DNA of 64,000 nucleotides from Myxococcota bacterium (GTDB lineage Bacteria; Myxococcota_A; Polyangia; Nannocystales; Nannocystaceae): NCBI GenBank assembly GCA_039028615.1, contig JBCCHT010000035.1, positions 1 to 64,000 of the forward strand, read 5' to 3'. Shown piece by piece: positions 10,279 to 20,376 of this stretch (position 1 is its first letter; each line of letters starts with the position of its first letter). The notes under the pieces were generated by a model. It saw only the letters and a program-made list of their open reading frames with translations, ran no database searches and was not told where the DNA came from. The position numbers and the translations under genes were made by a program.

Positions 10279-11343
10279 ATGATGGCACCACGACTCCCCC
10301 TACGAACGCTGCTCGCCGTCGGCCTCGCCCCACCCACCATCGCCTGCAAAGTCCCGAACGTGGCCACCGATCCGAGCGACGACCCCACGGTCGAGCACGC
10401 GATCCGGCTCGATGCCCACGCGCATATCGTGTCGCCCACCCTGCTCAAAGCCAATGGTGGAGACAGCGATGGTGACGGGCCCGCCTCCAGTGCCCAGCAA
10501 TACGTGGACGACTTCATGCGCGCCTCCGGCTCACAGCGGGCCCAGGTCCTGTCGAGCGCGTACATGTGGAGCAGCCCTGCTCTCCAGGGAGACGACTACG
10601 ACGCCGAGCTCGCCGCAGTGCAGCAGGAGAACGATTTCGTGGTCGCGCAATCGGCCCTGTTCCCCGACCAGCTCGTTCCCTTCTGTAGCGTCAACCCTAC
10701 CCGCGGCTACGCGCTCGACGAGATCGACCGCTGTCTAACGGAGTATGGAGTGCGCGGGCTGAAGATGCACTTCTCCAACTCGCAGATCGATCTGACCGAC
10801 GGAGACCAGCTCGCCGACGTACAGGCGGTGATCTGGCATGCCGCCGCACAGGGCGTCTCCGTGGTGGTGCACTTCGCCGACCTCTCGGCGCTGTCGGGCG
10901 ACGATACGGATGCGGCGCAGCAGGATGCCCAGGCCGCGATGAACATATTCCTCACCAAGGTACTCGCGGACGACCGCGCCACCGGCCTACACCTGACCTT
11001 CGCCCACCTCACCGGGGCGGGCAACTTCCCCAGCTGGACCCAGGCCACGCTCTCGGGTCTGATCGGTGCCGACCAGCAGGGCATCTTCGCCGACGACGTC
11101 TCGCTCTTCGTGGATGTCTCGGCCGTCTTCGACCGCGATGACCTCGGCACGCTGAGCCCCGGGGTGACCAACGAAGACCTCCAGAACATGGGCCTGCTGC
11201 TCGAGATGTGGGGCATGGATCGCGTCGTCTGGGGCTCGGACAACAACCCGGACTACCTGACCCCCACTTGGGACATGTGGCCGCTCAGCCCCGCGGACTA
11301 TGACACGATGGCCTCCGCCGATGGCTCTGCGTTCCTCCAGTAG
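10279..11343 (+). CDS. Amidohydrolase-family (amidohydro_2-like TIM barrel) lipoprotein
   Basis: Metal-ligand motifs DAHAH, GLKMH, VVHF, FAHL and WGSD. Lipobox TIAC. Confidence 0.85.
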   Translation: MMAPRLPLRTLLAVGLAPPTIACKVPNVATDPSDDPTVEHAIRLDAHAHIVSPTLLKANGGDSDGDGPASSAQQYVDDFMRASGSQRAQVLSSAYMWSSPALQGDDYDAELAAVQQENDFVVAQSALFPDQLVPFCSVNPTRGYALDEIDRCLTEYGVRGLKMHFSNSQIDLTDGDQLADVQAVIWHAAAQGVSVVVHFADLSALSGDDTDAAQQDAQAAMNIFLTKVLADDRATGLHLTFAHLTGAGNFPSWTQATLSGLIGADQQGIFADDVSLFVDVSAVFDRDDLGTLSPGVTNEDLQNMGLLLEMWGMDRVVWGSDNNPDYLTPTWDMWPLSPADYDTMASADGSAFLQ

Positions 11344-11662
11344 CCCACTCACGCGCCGCGTCTGGGGAATTTCGCCGACAATTCTGAGCGATGTAAACCT
11401 GCGGAGCGTGCAGGCGTAGTTCGGGACCGACGCGCGCCTCGAGCGGGAGAAGCTCAGCGTGAGTCTGACGCGGTGGGTACATCGGAGCCACGCCGAATTT
11501 CCAGCGAATGGCACCTATCCGCAGCGGGATAGCGTTTGGCATAAAACTAGGTCTAGATGATCTACGGCGAGGGCTCGAAGGGCAGCATCAGTTTCGCCTC
11601 GAGAGTGCATTCAATCGTGATCCGATCGAGGGCTGGCGACTCTGCCAACTCAGGAGTCCCCA

Positions 11663-13351
11663 ATGCCTTGCCTTCGATCGCTCCACTTTGCCTTTACAAC
11701 CTCCAGCACCGCGTTCCTGGCCGCCAGCACCCTGCTAACTCTGGGTGCATGCGGCGACGAGCCCACAATGATGACAGGCGCCGGCTCGGACACGGGGACC
11801 GGCACCGACAGCAGCACCGATGTCGGCGATTCGAGCACCGGGGACACAACCGAGGGTTCCGCCGACGATGAGAGCACCAGCGGCGGCCCCGAGGAGGCCG
11901 GACCGCTATATGCAGTCGTGACGGCGTGGAGCGCCAACCTCCCGGTCGTCCAGATCGCCGACATCAGTGATCCGGAGGTGGAGCCGACCCTGGTCACCGT
12001 GCAAGAGCGACCCAATCCGGCAGACCGGATCCGCAATGCCTTGGTCACCGACACGTGGTCGGCGTATCCGGTCTGGCAGGACCTCGACTACCGCCTGATG
12101 CTCCATGACCTGGTCAACGCACCCATGGGGCCCATGGTGGAGGTGCAGGGCCTCGGGGTCGGTCAGATCGAGCTACACATGGACCACGCTCGCTCGCTGC
12201 TGACGGTGGCCGTGGACGACGGCGTGAACATGCCGGGCTACCTGGTTCATCTCGATGGTGACCCAACCGTGGCGACTCCGGTCGAGGGCGCCCCCAGTCG
12301 CGTGCACCTGCGACTTTCGCCCGATGGCGCCTGGCTGTGGGGCTTCGGTGACGACCAATCCTACGCAGGACAGATCTACGCCGCGCCGATCGTCGACGGA
12401 CTTGCTGACCCGCTGACGGAGCTTTCGAGCTTCCCCTACGGCCTAGGGGCGGGGCCTGCTCTGGTGGTGACCGAAGACCAGGCCATCGTTCGAGCGGGCG
12501 ACTGGGCCACCGGGCTCTATCTGGCCGACGTATCGGCATGGCCCACGGCGGAGATCACCGAGATTTTCCCCCCGGACCCGACACAGTCCTTTCAGTGGGA
12601 CGTGTCGCCCCGAGGGACGCACGCCGTTCGTCTGAGCAGCGACATCGACTTCCAGTATAACGGCGAGCTGGCCACCATCGTCGATGGAGTGCCGCAGGCG
12701 CCCGTACCGATCAACGCGCCGCCGGACTCGATCCACGAGACCTATTTCACCGATGACGGCGCCTTCCTGTTCATGAACGTCGCGGCGGGAGCAGGTCTGG
12801 ACGACATCATGGTCGCCTGGCTCGACGGCCCCGATCCCGCGAGTCCGCAGGTGCTGTCCACCGCTCGGTTCCAGCTGCTGGACAACGATCCCCTGGTTCT
12901 GCTCGACGGCTGGGCCGTGTGGCAGGCGGGTGTGGGCGGGCTGCAGGCGGCCTCGATCGATGGCGACACGATCGGCGCGGTGCAGCAAATCTCGCCCGAG
13001 CTCGAGCTCATCTCATCGCTTTGGGTCTCCAACGAACACGTCGTGTACACGCTGGAAGATCCGATGGGCGAGCACATTCCCCAGCGCCTGTGGCTGATCG
13101 ACATGTCGGGGGATACCCCCGGGGAACCGATTCCCGCCACGCCGCCGCTGGCCGAGGGAGTGTCCGGCACCTCGACCTTTGCGACACCTTCGAATGACCA
13201 GCTCTTCTACATGACCTTCGAGGCTTCGCCCGGTGCCGCATCAATTCGGGGGATGTGGCGTTGGCGGCCGGACATGGACGGCAGCGAGACGCTGCTCATG
13301 GAGCACCCCACTGGCTGGGGTTTCCATCTCGCCACTCCTCCCCCCGTTTAG
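11663..13351 (+). CDS. Lipoprotein with S/T/G/D-rich linker and probable beta-propeller
   Basis: Lipobox LGAC, linker GSDTGTGTDSSTDVGDSSTG, propeller-like LSPDG, VSPRG and FTDDG motifs. RBS AGGAG. Confidence 0.75.
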   Translation: MPCLRSLHFAFTTSSTAFLAASTLLTLGACGDEPTMMTGAGSDTGTGTDSSTDVGDSSTGDTTEGSADDESTSGGPEEAGPLYAVVTAWSANLPVVQIADISDPEVEPTLVTVQERPNPADRIRNALVTDTWSAYPVWQDLDYRLMLHDLVNAPMGPMVEVQGLGVGQIELHMDHARSLLTVAVDDGVNMPGYLVHLDGDPTVATPVEGAPSRVHLRLSPDGAWLWGFGDDQSYAGQIYAAPIVDGLADPLTELSSFPYGLGAGPALVVTEDQAIVRAGDWATGLYLADVSAWPTAEITEIFPPDPTQSFQWDVSPRGTHAVRLSSDIDFQYNGELATIVDGVPQAPVPINAPPDSIHETYFTDDGAFLFMNVAAGAGLDDIMVAWLDGPDPASPQVLSTARFQLLDNDPLVLLDGWAVWQAGVGGLQAASIDGDTIGAVQQISPELELISSLWVSNEHVVYTLEDPMGEHIPQRLWLIDMSGDTPGEPIPATPPLAEGVSGTSTFATPSNDQLFYMTFEASPGAASIRGMWRWRPDMDGSETLLMEHPTGWGFHLATPPPV

Positions 13352-13523
13352 GCATCCCCTCCTGCCCCGATACTCGGCCGCCAGCATTCGTTGATGATTC
13401 CATGGCGTTACGTGCTCACTCGTGGCGGGGATCTCGGCCGCGCGAGCGAGGTTTTGGAACACCAAGCCACCCATCCGCCTCGCCATGGAGGTACCCCGAC
13501 GTCGCCCGAATAGAATCCTTTTC

Positions 13524-13805
13524 GTGGAACACCGGCTCCTCCACTTCATGCTCGTCAGCGTCGGTGGCTGGCTCAACCGCCACCAAGCCGCTCAGCTCGC
13601 GTACCTCCGGGACGAAAACCGAGTGTTGAAGGAGCATCTCGGCAAGAAGCGACTTCGGTTCACCGATGCCCAACGCCGTCAGCTGGCGACGAGGGCCAAG
13701 TTCCTGGGGCGTGGCGGCCTGCTGGGGCTCGCGACCATCGTTACCCCGGAGACCCTCATGCGTTGGGTACCGCAAGCTCATCGCCAGCAAGCACGACGGG
13801 AGCCG
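13524..13805 (+). pseudogene. N-terminal remnant of an integrase-core (rve-type) transposase
   Basis: GWLNRHQAAQLAYLRDENRVLKEHLGKKRLRFTDAQRRQLA...ATIVTPETLMRW, then a +1 shift near 13767 to YRKLIASKHDGS. Truncated after that. Confidence 0.8.
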
Positions 13806-13831
13806 AATGCCACTAGCCGAATGCCACTAGA

Positions 13832-14425
13832 CTACTGACACGCAGTGGGTACCGCTCCATCGCACCACGCGACCGCAGCGGGATCGCTGCAATCGGCCTC
13901 GAGCTCCTTGTCGAGGCACAGCGCTCCCGCCGTCAGTCGGTCGGGGCCCAACAGCTGCTCCGCCTGGCCCGAGAACACCTCGACCGTCGGGCACTGGGCG
14001 TCGTTGTCGAGCGACACCACGTCGCCGAGCCGGATCTCCACGACCGGTCGCGTGCGTTCCTGCCACGTAACCTCCCCCTGGTCGTCGGGTACGAGTCGGA
14101 TGACTCCATCGGAGACTGCCTCCCACTGCCCTTCGTGGCGCCATTCGTGAAAGCACTGCGTCGAGTTCTGGATGGTGGAGCCATCTTCCAGAAGCTCGAG
14201 CGTGAAGACCCCCCGCGCCACCGGGTCGGGCGTGCTCGACCATTCCGTCGAGAACACTCCGATCGCCCATGTGGTGTTGAACTGAGGGCCTCCGTCTTGC
14301 GCTACGTCTTCGATCCCATCCGCGTCACCCTCCTCGGCGGGACCATTCGCGCAGGAGGCGAGCACCAAGGGCAACAGCAATGACCCGAACGATCGGCTCT
14401 CGAGACTCGCTCGGTGGGTACTCAT
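13832..14425 (-). CDS. Hypothetical lipoprotein
   Basis: Lipobox LVLASC and several Cys. Begins 16 nt downstream of the oxidase gene on the same strand. Confidence 0.75.
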   Translation of the reverse strand: MSTHRASLESRSFGSLLLPLVLASCANGPAEEGDADGIEDVAQDGGPQFNTTWAIGVFSTEWSSTPDPVARGVFTLELLEDGSTIQNSTQCFHEWRHEGQWEAVSDGVIRLVPDDQGEVTWQERTRPVVEIRLGDVVSLDNDAQCPTVEVFSGQAEQLLGPDRLTAGALCLDKELEADCSDPAAVAWCDGAVPTACQ

Positions 14426-14441
14426 GGGAATGCTCCTGAAC

Positions 14442-16646
14442 TCATGGTTCCACTCTCACGTACTGGCCAATGGAGGGAACTCCAGCATTCGACAAGACGA
14501 AGAGCATGTAATAGCCAGGGGGCGCGTAACTACCATCGGCGGGAGCCGTCACGGTGAGTGTATTCGCTGCTCCTCCCGGCTGCCAGCAAAGCTCATGAAA
14601 ACGCTGTCCCATGTCGACCTGGTGGGTCACTGCACCTAGACGTACGAGCGTCACGCGACCACCGTCCTCCATCAACGCGAAATCCGTGGGGCTGGCCAGC
14701 TCGACGTTGAACGTGCTGCCGAAAGTAACCGTCGTAGGGATACCCCCGCCTGCGACCTCTGGTCTCGGGTTCGCATCGAGGTCCGTCAAGTACGGCGGGC
14801 GAAAGAACTCCGCGTTGAACCGACTTCGGAGGCCCTGGCGCCGCCCATTGCCCATAGAGATGACGCGGCCGTCGGGCAGCAACAACGCGGTGGAGTGATA
14901 CATGCGCTCGAACTGCTGCTCCGCCATCAAGCACCAATCACCCGAACTCGGATTCCACAACTCCGCCGCCTTGGTCGCGTAGCACGCGTTGTTCTTTGGA
15001 CTGCATTGCCCGTTCGGGTCGCAGACCCCTGGACAGTCCTCGGCGGTATCGCACGCTGTCTCCGCATGCCAGCGGCAGGATCCCCTACAAGTGCCGACGC
15101 TGGTATCGCACACGCTGCCCTCACAGTCGTCATCGACAAGACACCTCGTGGACGTACCGCTCGTGTTGCACGACGTCGCCGCAGGAGGGCATTGGAGATC
15201 CTCCCCACACCCCATGTCCTTGATCGCTTGCCCGCCGATCTCGCACATGTTGTCGACGGACTCGCCCGATTGCCCGTTGCCCTGCGTATTGCCACCCGTT
15301 GCCAACACGTTGCCGTCGGGGAGCACCGTGAGGGTGTGGAAATGACGAGGAAAGTGCATCGGCCCCGTCTGCTGCCACATGGTTCCAGGATCATCGAGGT
15401 AGCCGGAGCATGGGTCTGACAGATCGATGATCTCGGCGGTCGTTGCCGGAAACGGCAATGCAGGTGGCGGCATGAGCAGCTTGTTGTCCCCGCCCCCCGA
15501 CTTGAGGATCCTGCCCGGCGCATACATGACGGCCGAGCCGCCGGGCGTATCGCTGGCAAACTCGGCGGGAAGCCATGTCGAGTCCGACGTACGCAAGATA
15601 TGCCCAGCACGAGCCGATGCACTGGGGTTGCCCGACTCGCGACCTGCGTAGAAGAAGTTCCCGCCCGGCAGCAGAAACATCATCGGGTAGCCTCCAATCG
15701 CCCAGCCCGAGGGGCCGTCGGGATCGCCAACCGTGATCCACTGCATTGACACGTCGTCGGTCAGCCGCTCGGTTCGATCCGAGCCTCCCCCGAAGGAGTG
15801 CAGAGAACCATGTGCATCGGGCACGACGGTCGGGTACCAGCGCGGCGAGACGTAGTCGTTCAGACCTTCCCAACTCGTCGGGGGTCGGTTGTCGTCGGTC
15901 AGAGGATCCATCTCGCCGTAGTCGACGGGCGTGGCCGGAGATACCGACGAAGGATCCAGAGCGTAGGTACAACGTAGAGGTACCGCGCTCGAACCGCTGT
16001 AGTTGCCACCACCAACGACGAGCCGGCCGTCTCCATCGTGCGAATGGCCGGCGCAGAACAGGTCGAACTGCTCGATAAAATGCACGACGCCTTCCTCTTG
16101 CCCGTCAGCAACCACTTGTTGGAGACAAGCGGTCTCGTTGGCGTCGCTGGTGAGCGGGATCCAGTCGAAGTCGTAGGTATCGAGATCGAGCCGTCGCTGG
16201 TCGAATACTCCCGCGAAGATCAACAAGTGCCCCGTATGGAGGTGCACGGCATGGATCCCGAGCGCCCCCCCGGCGTATTGGACAGAAGGCTCCTCGTCAT
16301 CGTCCTCGGCCGTCGTCGGATCATCGAGAGGATACCGATAGACCCAAGGCACGACGGGAGAAACCCCGGCCCAGTCGTCGAACTGCCCCGCGACACCGGC
16401 GGAATTCTCCCACTGCCCCATGCCAATCGAAGCGCAGTCGATGACGGGAGCCGTAGGGGGCTCGCAATGTCCAAACGGGCCACCGCCTGATTCATCGGCC
16501 GCATCGCCGCAACCGGGCTCCGACTCGGTCCCCCCACCGGTATCCGTCCCGCCTGCGGTGCCCCCACCTCCACCGGGCGGGCGGTTGTTCGGGCAGCCGA
16601 GCAATAGAACGGACGACACGATCAATGAAGAGAGCGAAAATCGCAT
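14442..16646 (-). CDS. Copper radical oxidase (galactose/glyoxal oxidase-like; Kelch repeats + C-terminal early-set domain) lipoprotein with Cys-rich insertion
   Basis: Cofactor motifs FCAGH, RWYPT, RMYHSTALLLPDGRV and GAVTHQVDMGQR. C-terminal APPGYYMLFV...GVPSIG. Lipobox LLLGC after the ATG at 16646. Confidence 0.9.
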   Translation of the reverse strand: MRFSLSSLIVSSVLLLGCPNNRPPGGGGGTAGGTDTGGGTESEPGCGDAADESGGGPFGHCEPPTAPVIDCASIGMGQWENSAGVAGQFDDWAGVSPVVPWVYRYPLDDPTTAEDDDEEPSVQYAGGALGIHAVHLHTGHLLIFAGVFDQRRLDLDTYDFDWIPLTSDANETACLQQVVADGQEEGVVHFIEQFDLFCAGHSHDGDGRLVVGGGNYSGSSAVPLRCTYALDPSSVSPATPVDYGEMDPLTDDNRPPTSWEGLNDYVSPRWYPTVVPDAHGSLHSFGGGSDRTERLTDDVSMQWITVGDPDGPSGWAIGGYPMMFLLPGGNFFYAGRESGNPSASARAGHILRTSDSTWLPAEFASDTPGGSAVMYAPGRILKSGGGDNKLLMPPPALPFPATTAEIIDLSDPCSGYLDDPGTMWQQTGPMHFPRHFHTLTVLPDGNVLATGGNTQGNGQSGESVDNMCEIGGQAIKDMGCGEDLQCPPAATSCNTSGTSTRCLVDDDCEGSVCDTSVGTCRGSCRWHAETACDTAEDCPGVCDPNGQCSPKNNACYATKAAELWNPSSGDWCLMAEQQFERMYHSTALLLPDGRVISMGNGRRQGLRSRFNAEFFRPPYLTDLDANPRPEVAGGGIPTTVTFGSTFNVELASPTDFALMEDGGRVTLVRLGAVTHQVDMGQRFHELCWQPGGAANTLTVTAPADGSYAPPGYYMLFVLSNAGVPSIGQYVRVEP

Positions 16647-17215
16647 CAATCGGGAGCTCCGCAACAAATCCAGTATTCGATTAGAGAGAGTTGAGGTTCG
16701 TCCACCACGAGACCACTACGAGGTGGCGGCATCGGTTCACCCGATCCGTCGACCCCAGCACAATTGTGGGTTCCTCGGAGCTTGTGCCACAAATAGCCGT
16801 CGAAGGGACTCGACGCCATGACCCGATCGAGTCCAGACTGGATCGATGCGACACCGACGAGACTGGCGTGGGACTCGACCGGCTCCAAACTGAGAAATGC
16901 GGTGGGCGAGTTCCCCTCGTGGCATCCGGTCGTGCAGTTGACCGTCCAAATCGCTTGGATTGCTGAATACGCAGGGGCTCGGGCACATGACCCCATGTAC
17001 GCGCTGCAAACCGAAGCAGCAGGACCAGGACACGACAAAGCCCCAGCGGTAGTGTCACCCTCCGCCGTCATGGTGCTCTCCCCCGAGGTGTCCGTTCCCG
17101 TGCTCGTCACCTCCGAGCCCGGCTCATCGACCGACGGTGTGCACGCGACGACCATGGTTGCCCACGTCGCGGACAGACGACAGCAAACATTGGCCACAGC
17201 TTCCGAGTTGAGCAT
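16646..17215 (-). CDS. c-type cytochrome lipoprotein (CxxxCH)
   Basis: NCTTGCHEG, GYLWHKLRG, distal-ligand-like EPMPP and LIEYWI. Lipobox MVVAC. Stop overlaps the oxidase start (TGATG). Start uncertain. Confidence 0.75.
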   Translation of the reverse strand: MLNSEAVANVCCRLSATWATMVVACTPSVDEPGSEVTSTGTDTSGESTMTAEGDTTAGALSCPGPAASVCSAYMGSCARAPAYSAIQAIWTVNCTTGCHEGNSPTAFLSLEPVESHASLVGVASIQSGLDRVMASSPFDGYLWHKLRGTHNCAGVDGSGEPMPPPRSGLVVDEPQLSLIEYWICCGAPD

Positions 17216-18171
17216 GCACGACCGAGCACGGCAACCCCGATCGCGAACAAGCCACACATCACTTTCCAAGGAGTGCCCGAACATGTCTCGACAACGAGCA
17301 ACTAGAAATGCTGGCTCGAACGGGTCACAAGTCAATCAACTGATCGAAGCGGCGGAGAGACTCACGGGACAACTTTCTCTATACAAAGGCCGCACGCTTC
17401 ATCGTGGCAAGCAGAACCACGAGGCGTCGAAGAGCACGGGTGAACCGTAGTGTTCCAGAGCAGCGCGGAGCTGGGTCACGGAAAGCGTTGCAGGCAAAGA
17501 AGCATTGGATGAAAACTCGAGGACGGGCTCGAGTCTCTCGACTCGAATGGCCCGTTGATGCGTAGCAACTGAGGCCGATTGCAGAGGTCGTACAGCGGGG
17601 CCAGGCGAACGAGGCGAAAAATCCATGCCGATCACGCCCGACATCCGGGGCAGGCGGCATTGGCTGAGCCAGCGCGCAAGTCCGCGCGAGGCTGCGGGGC
17701 GAGCCGCATTGGCTCGACCTAACGCGTGGCCCGAGGCCGGGGCCAGGAGCTCAGGCAGCATGTGGCGCACCGCGTCGGCCAGGCAAAGTTGGATGCGCCG
17801 TGGGTCGTCCACGTCGGGGCGATGCAGGTGTCATCGTCGGAATGGATGGCGCAGCAACTTTGGAATGCAACGACGGCGAGACGCAGATGCTGCTGCGCCC
17901 CTCGACGCGCGACCAGGTCGTTGGGAGCGTCCACGGACTCGGCGATCGACCCGAGGGCAAACGCCCCGAGCTACAGCACGAAGCCTTCGCCATCGGGAAC
18001 CTCGATCGCCTCCGTGCAACGCCCCGACGCTCGTTGGATCGCGGGCGTCGATGCACGCCACGCCGAGCAGCCGATACACCACGAACGTGTTGCTCAACCG
18101 CGGTTCGATGCTCGACGGTGGAACCGGTAGGCGTCGCTCAGCTCATGGCGCCGCTCCCCCTGACATGCTAC

Positions 18172-18188
18172 TTGCAAGTTAGTTGCAA
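18172..18188. promoter_or_regulatory. Palindromic operator TTGCAA-N5-TTGCAA, Zur-like
   Basis: AT-rich 17-bp inverted repeat TTGCAAGTTAGTTGCAA ending 23 bp before the ABC ATPase start. Confidence 0.55.
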
Positions 18189-18211
18189 TTGGAGCACGGT
18201 GGGCGCGAGGC

Positions 18212-18949
18212 ATGCTCAGGGCTTCCCAGGTCACCAGACGCTTCGGCAGCATCACCGCCGTGGACGCGCTCGATCTCGAGGTCGGGCCCGGCCAGCTGTT
18301 TTGTTTGCTCGGGGCCAACGGCGCGGGAAAGACGACGACCATCAACCTGTTTCTCGGGTTCCTCGCCGCTGATGCCGGGACGATCACCGTAGGCGGGGTC
18401 GACCCGAGCGCGGAGCCCAAGGCCGCACGTCGACAGCTGGCGTTCATTCCAGAGAACGTCGCCCTGTACCCCCACCTGACGGGGCTCGAGACCATCGACT
18501 TGTTCTGCCGCATGGCTGGGGTGCGGCTCGACACGGCGGCGCTCGAGGAGCTGCTCGAACGTTCTGGGCTCGGCCGGGCGCAGGCCCGGCGTGCGGTGTC
18601 CGGCTACTCGAAAGGGATGCGTCAGAAGGTCGGGCTGGCAATCGCGTATGCGAGGCGCGCCGCCGGACTGGTGCTCGACGAGCCCCTTTCCGGCCTCGAC
18701 CCCGCCGCGGCGAGTGACTTCTGCGCCGAGCTCGGTCGGATTCGAGACGACGGGGCGGCGGTGCTGATGACCACCCATGACCTGTTCCGCGCGAAGGAGC
18801 TGGGGGGAACGATCGGAATCATGCGCGCGGGTCGTCTCGTCGAACAGCTCGACGCCAATGAGATCGACGCCCGCGAGCTCGAGCGTGTGTATCTGCATCA
18901 CATGCGCCACAACCCGTCCGAGGACGAGCCCACCGGAGCGAACTCATGA
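18212..18949 (+). CDS. ABC transporter ATP-binding protein
   Basis: Walker A GANGAGKTT, signature YSKGMRQKV, Walker B LVLDEP, H-loop TTHD. Confidence 0.95.
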   Translation: MLRASQVTRRFGSITAVDALDLEVGPGQLFCLLGANGAGKTTTINLFLGFLAADAGTITVGGVDPSAEPKAARRQLAFIPENVALYPHLTGLETIDLFCRMAGVRLDTAALEELLERSGLGRAQARRAVSGYSKGMRQKVGLAIAYARRAAGLVLDEPLSGLDPAAASDFCAELGRIRDDGAAVLMTTHDLFRAKELGGTIGIMRAGRLVEQLDANEIDARELERVYLHHMRHNPSEDEPTGANS

Positions 18950-20376
18950 CGGCGCTCGTGTTGCGTCTCCAGCTGCTGCACTGGCGTCGCGACCACCGAC
19001 TCCTGACGCTCCTATGCGCGGCGGTGTTGGTGGTTTTGGCGGCGACGGTTTGGGCGACCGCCGGAGACGTGGCGCAACGCGACTCGCGTGCTCGTGCGGC
19101 CCACGAAGCCCGCGAGCAGTGGGAGGGCCATGGCGCCGCAAACCCGCACAAAATGGCGCACTTCGGGGACTTCGCGTTCCGCCCCACGGGGCCGCTCGCC
19201 CGACTCGATCGAGGTGTGCAAGCTCGCCTGGGCAAGGTGGTCTTCATCGAAGGACACCGCCAAGGGACGCCGATGCACGCGGACGTGGGACGAGCGGGCA
19301 CGGTTGCGCGCTTCGTTCGGCCCGATGCCGCGTTCATGTTGCAGACGGTCGTGCCGCTGTTGCTGATCTTCTTGGGCGCGGCGGGACTCGCCCGGGACCG
19401 CGAGACGGGACGACTCAAGCTGGCGTTGGTGCAGGGCGTCGGGGCTCGGGCGATTCTTCGCGGGCACGTTCTCGCGTTGTGGGCGCTCGGGCTCGTGTTC
19501 ATCGGCTTGGTCGTCGCCTCGTCCGTGGTCACTTCGGTCGTACTGGGGGGGACCGCCATCGAGTCTCCGCTGCGGTTGTTCGGGTTCGTCGTGACCCATG
19601 CCGTGTTCTTGGGCTGCGTTGCGGGTTCCATCGTCGCGGCCGCCGCGTGGCAGCGCTCGGCTCGTGCCGCTCTGCTGACGTTGCTGGTCGGCTGGGTCGT
19701 CGGGACGACGTTGCTCCCCCGCGCCACGGCGACGGTCTCGGCGGCAGTATTTCCGCTACCGAACCGAGACGCTTTCCAGGCAGAGATGCGCAAGTCGAGA
19801 GAGGCCGGCGCGGACGGTCACAACCCTCAGGACGCCGAGGTCGCCAAGCGGCGCGCCGCGATGATGGAAGAGCACGGCGTCGAGGATGTGAAGGCGTTGC
19901 CCTTCAACTTCGACGGCATCGCGATGCAGGTGGACGAGGAGTTCGGCAATCGCGTGTGGGACGAGCACTACGGGCAGCTGCGACAGCAGATGATGCGGCA
20001 GGTCTTCGTGGCGAGCGTGGTCTCGCTGGGCAATCCGTTTCAGGCCATCGATCACGTCTCCATGTCGCTGTCTGGCACCGATCTCGCGCACGACCTCGCG
20101 TTCCAGGAGCAGGCGGAGGCCTATCGTCGCGAGCTCATCGCGAGGCTCAATCATGAGCATGCGTACGGTGGCTCCAAGACCGGCGAGTGGTCATGGAAGG
20201 CGACGCCCGAGTTCTTCGCGGGGCTCGATGCGTTCGAGTACCGAGCTCCCAGCCTCCGCGAGGCGCTGCGGGGCCGCCTCGCCGAGTTGTTCGCGCTGGT
20301 GTTGTGGGCCGTGTTCATGGCCTGGGCGCAGCGCCGGGCGGCCGATCGCTTGGAGCGGGGTACGTTGCCATGCTGA
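18946..20376 (+). CDS. ABC-2 type permease with DUF3526-like domain
   Basis: NPHKMAHFGDFAFRP, ARDRETGRL and LSGTDLAHDLAFQEQAEAYRRELIARLN. Multiple TM segments. ATGA coupling. Confidence 0.85.
   Translation: MTALVLRLQLLHWRRDHRLLTLLCAAVLVVLAATVWATAGDVAQRDSRARAAHEAREQWEGHGAANPHKMAHFGDFAFRPTGPLARLDRGVQARLGKVVFIEGHRQGTPMHADVGRAGTVARFVRPDAAFMLQTVVPLLLIFLGAAGLARDRETGRLKLALVQGVGARAILRGHVLALWALGLVFIGLVVASSVVTSVVLGGTAIESPLRLFGFVVTHAVFLGCVAGSIVAAAAWQRSARAALLTLLVGWVVGTTLLPRATATVSAAVFPLPNRDAFQAEMRKSREAGADGHNPQDAEVAKRRAAMMEEHGVEDVKALPFNFDGIAMQVDEEFGNRVWDEHYGQLRQQMMRQVFVASVVSLGNPFQAIDHVSMSLSGTDLAHDLAFQEQAEAYRRELIARLNHEHAYGGSKTGEWSWKATPEFFAGLDAFEYRAPSLREALRGRLAELFALVLWAVFMAWAQRRAADRLERGTLPC

Noticed and set aside
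17400..18150. Several overlapping 70-190 aa ORFs
   Set aside because: No family motifs and inconsistent frames. Possibly a decayed gene, but not supportable.
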